From assembly GCA_002716355.1 (NCBI GenBank), contig PBAU01000013.1, forward strand, positions 17,508 through 49,507: a stretch of DNA of 32,000 nucleotides. Reading direction: 5' to 3'. Position numbers and translations under genes: made by a program. The notes under the pieces were generated by a model, which ran no database searches, was not told the origin of the DNA, and was given only the letters and a program-made list of their open reading frames with translations. Shown here piece by piece: positions 16,304 to 24,304 of this stretch (within the stretch, counting starts at the first letter, position 1; the number at the start of each line of letters is the position of its first letter). Source of the DNA: a bacterium (lineage in GTDB: Bacteria; UBP7; UBA6624).

Positions 16304-17427
16304 TGAGCAATCTCACTTATAGACTGAAGCAAAGCTTCCACTACCTGTTTTTGTTGTTCTGGTTTTATCTCAGGCCATATAGGAAGAGATAAAACCTCTT
16401 TAGACAACCTTTCAGACACAGGACAATCTGGGAACCTGTCGCCAAAAACAGGCAATTTATTCGCAGGTATGGGGTAATAAACCATACTGATTACACCCTT
16501 TTCATACATTTTTTCTTTTACCTTGTCTCTGTCTAAATTCGGAATACGGATTGTGTACTGATGGAAAATATGTCCACAAGTTATCTCAGGAGCGATAACT
16601 TGATTACATCCATTCAATAAACTATCATATCGTTCTGCTGCTTCCCTTCTTTGCATGTTCCATTTATCAATATGTTTCAATTTCACTCTCAAGATTGCTG
16701 CCTGAATCGCATCCAACCTGCTGTTGTAACCCAACAACTCATTGTTATAACGTGATTTTTCACCATGCTGTCGGAGCATCCTAGACTTAATTGCGATGCT
16801 TTCATCATCAGTTGTCAGCAAACCACCATCACCAAAAGCAGATAAGTTTTTAGTCGGATAAAATGAAAAACAACCAATATCACCAAGGGCCCCTGCTCTA
16901 GGTGAACCAGCACCAAAAGCCTGGCAAGCATCTTCAATAATTGGAATTCCACTTGCTACTTCTTTAAGATTGGACATATCTGGCTTTCCATCTTCCGATC
17001 CAGCAATTCGTCCATATAGGTGAACAGGCATTATTGCTTTAGTTCTTTTGTTTATTAAATCTTGGACCTGACATACATCGATATTAAAAGAGCTTTCTTG
17101 AATATCCGCAAAAACCGGTGTTGCACCAACAAGGCATATGGCCTCAGCCGTTGCAAAGAAAGTGAAGGGGCTAGTTACAACCTCATCACCTTCACCTACC
17201 CCTAATGCACGTAAAGCAATGACTAAAGCATCTGTTCCGGAGTTTAAACCAATTGCATGTTTTGAGCCTATATGTTCAGCACAATCACTTTCAAAAAGCG
17301 CAACTTCATCACCAAGAATGAAATTGCCTGTGTCAATCACTCTGTTTATCGCTTCATCAATCTCCTGACGTATTGAAGCTGTTTGTTCTTGAAGATCAAT
17401 TGGCGGAATTATTTTTTTTTCAGGCAT
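16300..17427 (-). CDS. DegT/DnrJ/EryC1/StrS-family sugar aminotransferase (PLP-dependent)
   Basis: IDLQEQ...ILGDEVALFESDCAEHIG...HAIGLNSGTDAL...SFYPTKNL (PLP lysine)...GYNSRLD. ATG at 17427 is preferred. The track start at 17484 is a TTG overlapping the wecB stop and remains possible. The stop overlaps the cstA ATG (ATGA). Confidence 0.85.
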   Translation of the reverse strand: MPEKKIIPPIDLQEQTASIRQEIDEAINRVIDTGNFILGDEVALFESDCAEHIGSKHAIGLNSGTDALVIALRALGVGEGDEVVTSPFTFFATAEAICLVGATPVFADIQESSFNIDVCQVQDLINKRTKAIMPVHLYGRIAGSEDGKPDMSNLKEVASGIPIIEDACQAFGAGSPRAGALGDIGCFSFYPTKNLSAFGDGGLLTTDDESIAIKSRMLRQHGEKSRYNNELLGYNSRLDAIQAAILRVKLKHIDKWNMQRREAAERYDSLLNGCNQVIAPEITCGHIFHQYTIRIPNLDRDKVKEKMYEKGVISMVYYPIPANKLPVFGDRFPDCPVSERLSKEVLSLPIWPEIKPEQQKQVVEALLQSISEIAQ

Positions 17428-17480
17428 ATTTTCTATCTTAATATTATTTGTTCTATTTGTTACTTGATGTTTAACAGTTT

Positions 17481-18581
17481 TCAAACTTTACACAAACCGT
17501 AGGATTCATGAATAACATTAATTATCCTTTCAGAAGCATGCCCATCACCATAAGGATTTTCTGAAAATGAAATTCTGCCTTGTGAAATTTTTTCAAAAAA
17601 ATAACAAAGATTTTTTTGAAATACATCTTGTTTCCTGCCCATTAACATTGACACCCCTAACTCTACACCTTCGATTCTTTCAGTATTATCTCTAGCAATC
17701 GCAACCGGGATCCCTAGGGATGTGGCTTCTTCCTGTATTCCACCAGAATCCGACACAACGAACAAAGACTCTTTGATCAAATTTAACATTTCTAAATAAT
17801 TAACCGGCTCCATCAGGGTGACATTATTGATGGAATCCAGAGTTGGCATAATTAGTTTACGTATTTTGGGATTTTTATGAAGGGGAAAAATGAAATCAAG
17901 ATTTTGATGCAATTGAGCGAACTTTGCTAGCTCCATTGCAATTCCCTTCAGGTAAATCATGCTATCCTGCCTGTGAAGGGTAATTAAAACCTTTCTGTTA
18001 AAAAGATAATTTTGACACTTTTCAACTCCAGCATTTTTAATAGAGTCAACAATAGTATTGCCAGTGACAAAAATTGATTCCCCTTTAATCCCCTCTCTGA
18101 TTAAATTTTGGCGTGATTTTTCAGTAGGAGAAAAATTAAAATCAGCCATTTTGCTAATAAGTACACGATTCATCTCTTCGGGAAATGGCTCCTTTTCGGT
18201 ATGCGTTCTTAAACCTGATTCAACATACGCCAAAGGAATCTTTAAAGAATTAGCAACAATAGCTCCACTTAACGTAGATACTGTATCCCCTTGAATGAAT
18301 AAACAATCTGGCTTCAATTCAAGCAATTCTTTTTCGATTCTAGGTATTGCCCTGTGCAGAAAGGATATCCACTGTTGATCTCTCTTCATAAGGTTTAAAT
18401 TAACATCAGGTTTAATATTAAAAATTCCAAACTGATCATCTGCTTGATCCTGATGTTGACCAGTGGACAAAAGTGTTACTTTATGACTTGTTCGCTTTCT
18501 CAAAGCCTGATAAATAGGTGCGATTTTAATAATTTCAGGCCTGGTTCCAAACAGAAAAGCTAAATTTAACATATCGGTCAT
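17481..18581 (-). CDS. wecB: UDP-N-acetylglucosamine 2-epimerase (non-hydrolysing)
   Basis: FGTRPEIIKIAPI, QGDTVSTL, VESGLRT...PFPEEMNR and FVTGNTIVDS align with E. coli WecB. ATG at 18581 has AGGA upstream and avoids overlapping the divergent FmdB gene. The track start is 18629. Confidence 0.88.
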   Translation of the reverse strand: MTDMLNLAFLFGTRPEIIKIAPIYQALRKRTSHKVTLLSTGQHQDQADDQFGIFNIKPDVNLNLMKRDQQWISFLHRAIPRIEKELLELKPDCLFIQGDTVSTLSGAIVANSLKIPLAYVESGLRTHTEKEPFPEEMNRVLISKMADFNFSPTEKSRQNLIREGIKGESIFVTGNTIVDSIKNAGVEKCQNYLFNRKVLITLHRQDSMIYLKGIAMELAKFAQLHQNLDFIFPLHKNPKIRKLIMPTLDSINNVTLMEPVNYLEMLNLIKESLFVVSDSGGIQEEATSLGIPVAIARDNTERIEGVELGVSMLMGRKQDVFQKNLCYFFEKISQGRISFSENPYGDGHASERIINVIHESYGLCKV

Positions 18582-18606
18582 CAATAATAATCCTAGAATT
18601 GAATAC

Positions 18607-18876
18607 GTGAATCCTTTGTATAAATACATAAATACCGATTCAAATTCCTGTGATTATTGTAGTAATAATGGTTTTGAAATAATTCAATCTATAAAAGATG
18701 ACCCTGTAGAAAAATGTCCTAAATGCGACTGCAGGGTTACTAAAGTTTTTGGCAGACAAGCAAAAAATTATGCAACAGAAAGAAGAATGAATTACTCACA
18801 TACAAATCAAGATTACAAAAGAATGGGCTTAAAAAAATACAAAAAAACATCTAAAGGCTACAAAAGAGAGGCTTGA
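18607..18876 (+). CDS. FmdB-family zinc-ribbon protein with a basic K/Y-rich tail
   Basis: (M)NPLYKY...CDYC...FEIIQSIKDDPVEKCPKCDCRVTKVF fits the FmdB pattern (PxYEYxCxxC...CPxC). GTG start. The 3' end overlaps folK convergently by 19 nt. Confidence 0.75.
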   Translation: MNPLYKYINTDSNSCDYCSNNGFEIIQSIKDDPVEKCPKCDCRVTKVFGRQAKNYATERRMNYSHTNQDYKRMGLKKYKKTSKGYKREA

Positions 18877-19331
18877 TTCTTGGAAATACCAAGGATTGAG
18901 GGGTGCTTTCTCAACCTTGCTGCTAACTGCTTTAAACTAAATCCATCAGGCCCTTTCAAATCACCTGCAACATCAGCTATTGGGATAATTCCATAAGGTC
19001 TGCTTAAACCAGGGTTGTCAATCCACTTGCCATCAAACCATACAATGTCTAAATCCAAAGTTCTAGGCTGATTGGGATCATTGGACCTCTGTCTTCCTGA
19101 TTTTTTTTCAATCTTCTTGAATAAAACCTTCCAATCCTCTATAGTTTTTTTGCCTCTTATCTTGATCGCTCTATTGATAAAGTTAGGAGCATCAGCACAC
19201 CCTTCAGCTTTTGTTTTCCATGGTTTTCCAATTTTTTCTACTGATGAGCATGTTTGCAAAATTGAAATAATTTTTTCAGACCAGTATTCTGGATCAACAT
19301 TCGAACCCAGTAAAACAATTAGGCTAACCAT
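18858..19331 (-). CDS. folK: 2-amino-4-hydroxy-6-hydroxymethyldihydropterin pyrophosphokinase (HPPK)
   Basis: VLLGSNVDPE at the N-terminus and PRTLDLDIVWFDG (HPPK signature RTLDLDI). TAATG overlap with folB. Confidence 0.85.
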   Translation of the reverse strand: MVSLIVLLGSNVDPEYWSEKIISILQTCSSVEKIGKPWKTKAEGCADAPNFINRAIKIRGKKTIEDWKVLFKKIEKKSGRQRSNDPNQPRTLDLDIVWFDGKWIDNPGLSRPYGIIPIADVAGDLKGPDGFSLKQLAARLRKHPSILGISKNQASLL

Positions 19332-19711
19332 TAAGGCCTTGTGATCTGCACCGTTACGCTATCTGACCATCGCAAAGCACCCATCTTTGTTACATAAACA
19401 GTTGTACTTAAAATATTTTGATCTTCAAGTATTACCTCTGTTATCAAACATGCTAAACGTTCAATAGTTTTAATATCTGTTAATTTTTGAAGCTCTAAAA
19501 CTTTTTTATTAACAACCTTGTAATCAACTGCATCTTTTATGTCATCTGTTTGACCAGCTTTTGAACAATCACATTCAAATTCATAGTCAATGAGAATCTC
19601 TTGCTTGTCTTTTCTTTCCCATTCCTCTATACCTATCACCATTCTCAAGGAAAGACTGCTTACGGAAATCTTGTCTTTTCCCTTGCCTGAACTCAAACCT
19701 CTCATTGTCAT
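19331..19711 (-). CDS. folB: Dihydroneopterin aldolase
   Basis: ISVSSLSLRMVIGIEEWERKDKQEILID...DDIKDAVDYKVV...ERLACLITEVIL is the FolB pattern. ATG at 19711 overlaps the SDR stop (TGATG). Located directly upstream of folK. Confidence 0.82.
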   Translation of the reverse strand: MTMRGLSSGKGKDKISVSSLSLRMVIGIEEWERKDKQEILIDYEFECDCSKAGQTDDIKDAVDYKVVNKKVLELQKLTDIKTIERLACLITEVILEDQNILSTTVYVTKMGALRWSDSVTVQITRP

Positions 19712-20409
19712 CAAGATATTTTACAAGCAACATTAAATCTTTGCTTGTCCCGTTTCGATGTAATGATACTCATGATCGCACTATTGATTTCGTCAAAAGT
19801 TCCAGCTCGACCATCAGGTGATTTCAGGATTTGTTTTTCAAAATCTTGAATTGTTCCTGATGAAGGTGGCAGAATGGGGCCCAATACAATTAAGCCTGTT
19901 CTAATGCCGATGTCAGAGTTTGAAATAACATCAAGCATAGACACTAATCCTGATTCGCTTACGGTGTAAGCCAAATGCTCTCTGCCTGGCTTTAGCGCCC
20001 GCCTGTCAACAAGACCAATAACAAGCTTTTCTTTTTCCTGCACACTCTCCAGCAATAATTGATTCAAAATAAAAGGCGCTGTTAGATTTACATCTATATG
20101 ATTTTCCCATTGGTTTAACTTGGTATTTTTAAGATTACCATTTTGAAAATAGCTAGCATTATGTATCACAACATCTATTGAGCCAAATTTTTGCTCACAT
20201 GTTTTAAAAAAATCCCTAATAGAGCCAATATTCTTGAAATCGCAATGTTCAATACTGACACCATATTTATCTTTTAACTCTGAGGCTTGCTGATTGCTAT
20301 TGTTGTAATGAACAATAACATTCATCCCTTCGGAAATGAGAAATTTTGCAACTTCTGCACCAATCCTTTTTGCTGCACCAGTGATTAATACTGTTTTGTC
20401 TTTAACCAT
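19711..20409 (-). CDS. FolM/pteridine-reductase-like short-chain dehydrogenase with catalytic Lys replaced by Glu
   Basis: VLITGAAKRIGAEVAKFL...VIVHY...VIHNAS resemble FolM/PTR1 (TGxxxRIG). The active-site segment reads HLAYTVSESGL where FolM has HIAYAASKAAL. First gene of the folB-folK operon. ATG at 20409 (the track starts at the GTG at 20412). Confidence 0.72.
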   Translation of the reverse strand: MVKDKTVLITGAAKRIGAEVAKFLISEGMNVIVHYNNSNQQASELKDKYGVSIEHCDFKNIGSIRDFFKTCEQKFGSIDVVIHNASYFQNGNLKNTKLNQWENHIDVNLTAPFILNQLLLESVQEKEKLVIGLVDRRALKPGREHLAYTVSESGLVSMLDVISNSDIGIRTGLIVLGPILPPSSGTIQDFEKQILKSPDGRAGTFDEINSAIMSIITSKRDKQRFNVACKIS

Positions 20410-20442
20410 CACAAAATATCATTCTAGGATTAATGTTGAAAA

Positions 20443-20958
20443 GTGAAAAAAAAATTAAAGGGAAAAATCCTAATTGCAAATCCAAAATTAGAAGATCCAA
20501 ACTTCAATGGTACTGTAGTGCTGATTGCTGAACATGATTCAAATGGAGCGATTGGCTTCATACTAAATAGAAGAATTGGCAAATTAGACAAAAGTGGATT
20601 TCATATCTCTGAAGGAGGGCCTGTTGATACAAATATATTCTGGGCAATAGCCCAAAATGAACAATTCGACTTTCTAAAGATTCGAAATGGTCTGTATTAT
20701 GGGAAAGTTAACTCAAACCCTGAAGAGGATGAAAGCTTTTTAGATACTGATAATATTATTTTTTTTATAGGCTGTTCAGGTTGGACAAAAAACCAATTAG
20801 AAAATGAAATAGATTCTGGAACCTGGATTGTGGACAGCATAAGTGTAAAAAATATATTTTCCAAAAAGGGTGTAAAAATGTGGATAGAAGAAATCTCTAA
20901 AAATAACCCGGAATTTAAATGGACTGAATCGCTAGCTGAAGATCCAAGTAAAAATTAA
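20443..20958 (+). CDS. yqgE: YqgE/AlgH family protein (UPF0301)
   Basis: ILIANPKLEDPNFNGTVVLIAEHDSNGAIGFILNR and GCSGWTKNQLENEI match YqgE/AlgH. GTG start. Confidence 0.85.
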   Translation: MKKKLKGKILIANPKLEDPNFNGTVVLIAEHDSNGAIGFILNRRIGKLDKSGFHISEGGPVDTNIFWAIAQNEQFDFLKIRNGLYYGKVNSNPEEDESFLDTDNIIFFIGCSGWTKNQLENEIDSGTWIVDSISVKNIFSKKGVKMWIEEISKNNPEFKWTESLAEDPSKN

Positions 20959-20961
20959 AAA

Positions 20962-21051
20962 CGGAGAGAGTGGGATTCGAACCCACGAAGCGGGTCATCC
21001 CCACTCACTCGCTTAGCAGGCGAGCCCATTCGTCCACTCTGGCATCTCTCC
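20962..21051 (-). tRNA. tRNA-Ser (anticodon GCT)
   Basis: Reverse complement GGAGAGATGCCAGAGTGGACGAATGGGCTCGCCTGCTAAGCGAG...GTGGGTTCGAATCCCACTCTCTCCG. Anticodon stem CTCGC/GCGAG, loop CTGCTAA, long variable arm. Confidence 0.93.
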
Positions 21052-21063
21052 AAGAATAGATAA

Positions 21064-21603
21064 TTATATCTTTTTGATGAAGTTTGAAAAAGATTCAACG
21101 AATTCATCTATTCTTTCTGGGATGGGGTCCATCAAACCCTCGTCTCTCTTTCCATCCTTGTCCCAATGTTCATTTGCAGCAAACACAACTCTTGGATAAG
21201 CAATCGATCGCACTTCAAAAGATAAAATTTTCTGTAAGTCCTCTACAGCCATATAAGACATTGTTCCTCCAGATGCTGCAGCGATACCAAAAGGTTTATT
21301 GGCCATTCCGCCGCAACATATATCAATCATATTTTTAAATACACCACTAATCGAATAACAATAAACAGCCATGCCAAACACATAGGCATCTGCCCATTTG
21401 ATCTTTTCGTCTAATTTAACAGCGTGCTCTCCATACTCAGACAAAGGGTGCCTGCCATCACAAAATGGTAACTCATAATCAATCAAGTCTACAAAATCAA
21501 CATTCAAATCTACATTTTGCATTTTTTCTTCAATTATCTTTAACATTTTCCTACTTCTTGAACCTGGATTCAATGAGGTTGAAACTAATAAAATATTTTT
21601 CAT
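21064..21603 (-). CDS. NAD(P)H-dependent FMN reductase family flavoprotein
   Basis: MKNILLVSTSLNPGSRSRKML is the LxxSxRxxSxS flavodoxin-like motif. ATG at 21603 overlaps the ferredoxin TGA (ATGA). The track start at 21648 would overlap the ferredoxin by 49 nt. Confidence 0.8.
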   Translation of the reverse strand: MKNILLVSTSLNPGSRSRKMLKIIEEKMQNVDLNVDFVDLIDYELPFCDGRHPLSEYGEHAVKLDEKIKWADAYVFGMAVYCYSISGVFKNMIDICCGGMANKPFGIAAASGGTMSYMAVEDLQKILSFEVRSIAYPRVVFAANEHWDKDGKRDEGLMDPIPERIDEFVESFSNFIKKI

Positions 21604-21941
21604 ATAAACACTGTGTCTCCTTTGTCCTCTTCTTCTTTCTGGTGCCAACTTTCAAACTCTACTTCAATTTCACCGTCTTTCTCAACAACGCATTGGCAAG
21701 ACAGTCTTTCATTGCCATGCATGCCTTTCATGTCGAGCTTTTCGCTTTCATGCTCCATTTTTACACTTAGCAAATCGGCCCCTTTGTTAACTTTAGTACA
21801 ACATGTCGTGCATCTACAATTAAATCCACAGGCATGCTCTATCTCCAAGCCGTTGTCAATACCATGTTGAGCAAGACTTGAACCAACAGGAACGTCAATG
21901 ATAGTTTTTTTTCCATTAATCAAATAAGTCACTTTTGCCAT
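21600..21941 (-). CDS. 2Fe-2S ferredoxin (adrenodoxin-type Cys spacing)
   Basis: ACGFNCRCTTCC...RLSCQC contains C-x5-C-x2-C-x36-C plus three extra Cys. Beta-grasp N-terminus KVTYLINGKKTIIDVPVGSSL. Confidence 0.85.
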   Translation of the reverse strand: MAKVTYLINGKKTIIDVPVGSSLAQHGIDNGLEIEHACGFNCRCTTCCTKVNKGADLLSVKMEHESEKLDMKGMHGNERLSCQCVVEKDGEIEVEFESWHQKEEEDKGDTVFI

Positions 21942-21943
21942 GA

Positions 21944-22540
21944 TTAAACCTCTTTTGAAGAACAGCAGTCTCCATTATTTGTGCAACCACAATTATTATT
22001 TTGTATTATTGTCTGTAGCCTGTTCACAAGACACCATCCACCTGCCTGAACATATAGCTGCCAACAAAGCACTAAAAGCAAGAACTGGTACTCCCATCCT
22101 TGCCCCATTGAATACCCTGCTTCAAAATGTATCTTAAAAATTGCACCTAGCATTATCGCTGCAAGTCCCAAACTACCAAGCATTCTTAATTGTTTTGGTC
22201 CAACCAATAATGTTAACGCTCCTCCAACCTCAATTAAGCCAACAAGAAACATGATTTCCTGATTGTCGGATAATCCAGGTCCGGCAAGTACCTTGCCTAT
22301 ACCGTGTTTAACAAAAACAATTGCCAAAACACCTCTGGATAAAATTTCAAGCATTGGAATAGGTCTAACAGACTGTTTATTCCAAGCTTTTACTGATATC
22401 AACCAAATTGAAGCCCATAAAGCAATAACCACAGATGCAAAATTCCACCAAGGCCCACCTTGATCGATTTGACCCTGACCATAAACGTGCTGCCACATTG
22501 CAACAATAAAAACTACAAAACTAACAATTGGTTTATTCAT
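21944..22540 (-). CDS. DoxX-like integral membrane protein with a C-terminal Cys-rich tail
   Basis: LSRGVLAIVFVKHGIGKV, LVGLIEVGGALTLLVG and AAIMLGAIFKIHF resemble DoxX/DoxD helices. Tail NNNCGCTNNGDCCSSKEV. ATG at 22540 is preceded by GGAG. The track start is 22579. Confidence 0.65.
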   Translation of the reverse strand: MNKPIVSFVVFIVAMWQHVYGQGQIDQGGPWWNFASVVIALWASIWLISVKAWNKQSVRPIPMLEILSRGVLAIVFVKHGIGKVLAGPGLSDNQEIMFLVGLIEVGGALTLLVGPKQLRMLGSLGLAAIMLGAIFKIHFEAGYSMGQGWEYQFLLLVLCWQLYVQAGGWCLVNRLQTIIQNNNCGCTNNGDCCSSKEV

Positions 22541-22586
22541 AAAAAAAATCTCCTTTTTCAATAATAACATATACCCCATTAGGGTA

Positions 22587-24293
22587 TCAGTCGTAAAAAC
22601 GCCAAACTGGCTTGTAATCGGATTTTATTTCCAATTTTGTTAGTAACATTCGCACCATCTCTATAGGAATTGAATTTACAACAAGAACATTGTCGTGAAA
22701 ATCCTTCTCTGTCATTGTTCCATTTACGACAAGCTCCTTGTGCAATTCTCGAATCTGGATTCCGCCTAACATATAACCAGACTGATAAAGTGGACCATAG
22801 CTTCCATCAATATACCTTCTGACCTCACTGACTGCATTGTCTCTTTCGTGCCCAACCCGATCAACAAGAAAGTCAACCATTTCATTGGCTGTCATTTGGT
22901 TTAAATGGTACTTGATAGTAGTGATTATTCTGGCTGCTCGGTGCATTCGCCAAAAAAGCATTCCTATTTCATCTTCAGGACTGTTACCCCAACCCAAATC
23001 AAAATATCTAAACTCCCAGTACAAAGCCCAACCCTCAACATAAAAAGGAGTATAAAACATTCTCCTATGGGTATTATTTCTTGAGGCGATAAAACTTTGT
23101 AAGTGATGTCCTGGAATCAATTCATGAGGTGTAACATTGCGAGAAAAATGCATATTGTTACCTCTCATACTTTGTAATTTAGAACTGTGGTCCATTTCTG
23201 ATGTTGCAAAAGCAACACCCATAGACTGTCCGCTGTAATAAGCAAATGGGAAATATCTTTGGGACCTAGCGTTAATCATTTCCAGTCTCCAAAATTCCTC
23301 TGCTAATGCTGGAATCGTAACTAAATCTCTACTTTTTAAAAAATCCAAAGATTCATTCATTTGAGCGTTCACCAGATCATCCTGCTTTCCTGGATCAACA
23401 TAAAGATTTTTCACATGCTCGAGAGCATCGTTCCTGTTTGTAAAACCTATTTCCTCTGATGCTTTGTCCATTTGATCCTCACACCATTTAAATTCACTTT
23501 CAGCAATTTCCAATATTTCTTCTGGTGAATAAGCAATCATTTCATATGAAAGCTCCGATAACAATTTCTCTCTTCCTATAGGTGTTCCGATTATCGGATC
23601 ATCGTCATTGCCTCGCTGTCCTGCAATCTCAACACTGAGCCAAGAGGAAAAATCCTCTAGTGCTTGCTTTGTCTTTCTGTATTGCTCCTCTACCCACCAA
23701 TCAAACTCAGGGTCGAAATTATGGTAATAATTAAACCAAGTTGACAAAACACCATTTAACTGATTGAGCTTTTTGGAAGACTCATTTGCAAAAACAGCAT
23801 CTATAGCACTTGGATCAAGACCTTTTAGCTCTTCTTTTTTTGACTCTATTGCTTCTTGAACTCTCATTAATATTTTCGCTGACTCTTTTGGGTCAACCTC
23901 AAGCATTGATCTTCTGTTTTCTTCTAGGTAAAGTATGTCATCAATGAAAATGAAGAAATCTTTCATCTTTTTGTTCTCTTCTTTTTTGAATTTCACAACA
24001 TCCAACTCATGCTGAATGTAATTTTTCAAAAGAATAAAATCAACCTTTCCCGCCCTGTCAAGAGAATCGAAATCAATCGAGTTCATCTTTTGATGCCATT
24101 CTTGTTGAAAGCTCTCAAACCGCTCAAGGTAAAAATCACTAAAAACAAGGTTGTGGAATCTGTTTAGATCATTTTTGTCAACCTGATAATTTTCTAAAAA
24201 AACAACCATGTTCGAGTCAGTGTTCTCACCTCTTGAAAGAAAAGAATCTATTGGGTTTAAAAAACTTAAAAAAACAATTAAAAGATTAATCAT
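22587..24293 (-). CDS. DUF885 family protein (putative secreted metallopeptidase-like)
   Basis: 568 aa with an N-terminal hydrophobic signal. HELIPGHHLQ matches the DUF885 HExxPGHHxQ signature. YVEGWALYWE follows. Confidence 0.82.
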   Translation of the reverse strand: MINLLIVFLSFLNPIDSFLSRGENTDSNMVVFLENYQVDKNDLNRFHNLVFSDFYLERFESFQQEWHQKMNSIDFDSLDRAGKVDFILLKNYIQHELDVVKFKKEENKKMKDFFIFIDDILYLEENRRSMLEVDPKESAKILMRVQEAIESKKEELKGLDPSAIDAVFANESSKKLNQLNGVLSTWFNYYHNFDPEFDWWVEEQYRKTKQALEDFSSWLSVEIAGQRGNDDDPIIGTPIGREKLLSELSYEMIAYSPEEILEIAESEFKWCEDQMDKASEEIGFTNRNDALEHVKNLYVDPGKQDDLVNAQMNESLDFLKSRDLVTIPALAEEFWRLEMINARSQRYFPFAYYSGQSMGVAFATSEMDHSSKLQSMRGNNMHFSRNVTPHELIPGHHLQSFIASRNNTHRRMFYTPFYVEGWALYWEFRYFDLGWGNSPEDEIGMLFWRMHRAARIITTIKYHLNQMTANEMVDFLVDRVGHERDNAVSEVRRYIDGSYGPLYQSGYMLGGIQIRELHKELVVNGTMTEKDFHDNVLVVNSIPIEMVRMLLTKLEIKSDYKPVWRFYD

Positions 24294-24304
24294 GCTTATA
24301 AAAT

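Noticed and set aside
18588-18600. 12-mer ATTCTAGGATTA shared (as a reverse complement) between the wecB/FmdB intergenic region and 20421-20432 in the SDR/yqgE intergenic region; a similar TAATCTAGAAT lies at 8970-8980
   Set aside because: In each case the motif lies in the same orientation 9-13 nt upstream of a start codon (wecB, yqgE) and contains AGGA, so it is most simply SD context. A 12-mer match in AT-rich intergenic DNA is not statistically compelling without a genome-wide count.
21604-21648. Arg-rich N-terminal extension (MAPERRRGQRRHSVY) of the FMN reductase ORF
   Set aside because: It would overlap the ferredoxin gene by 49 nt. The ATG at 21603 gives the canonical MKNILLVSTS N-terminus and an ATGA overlap.
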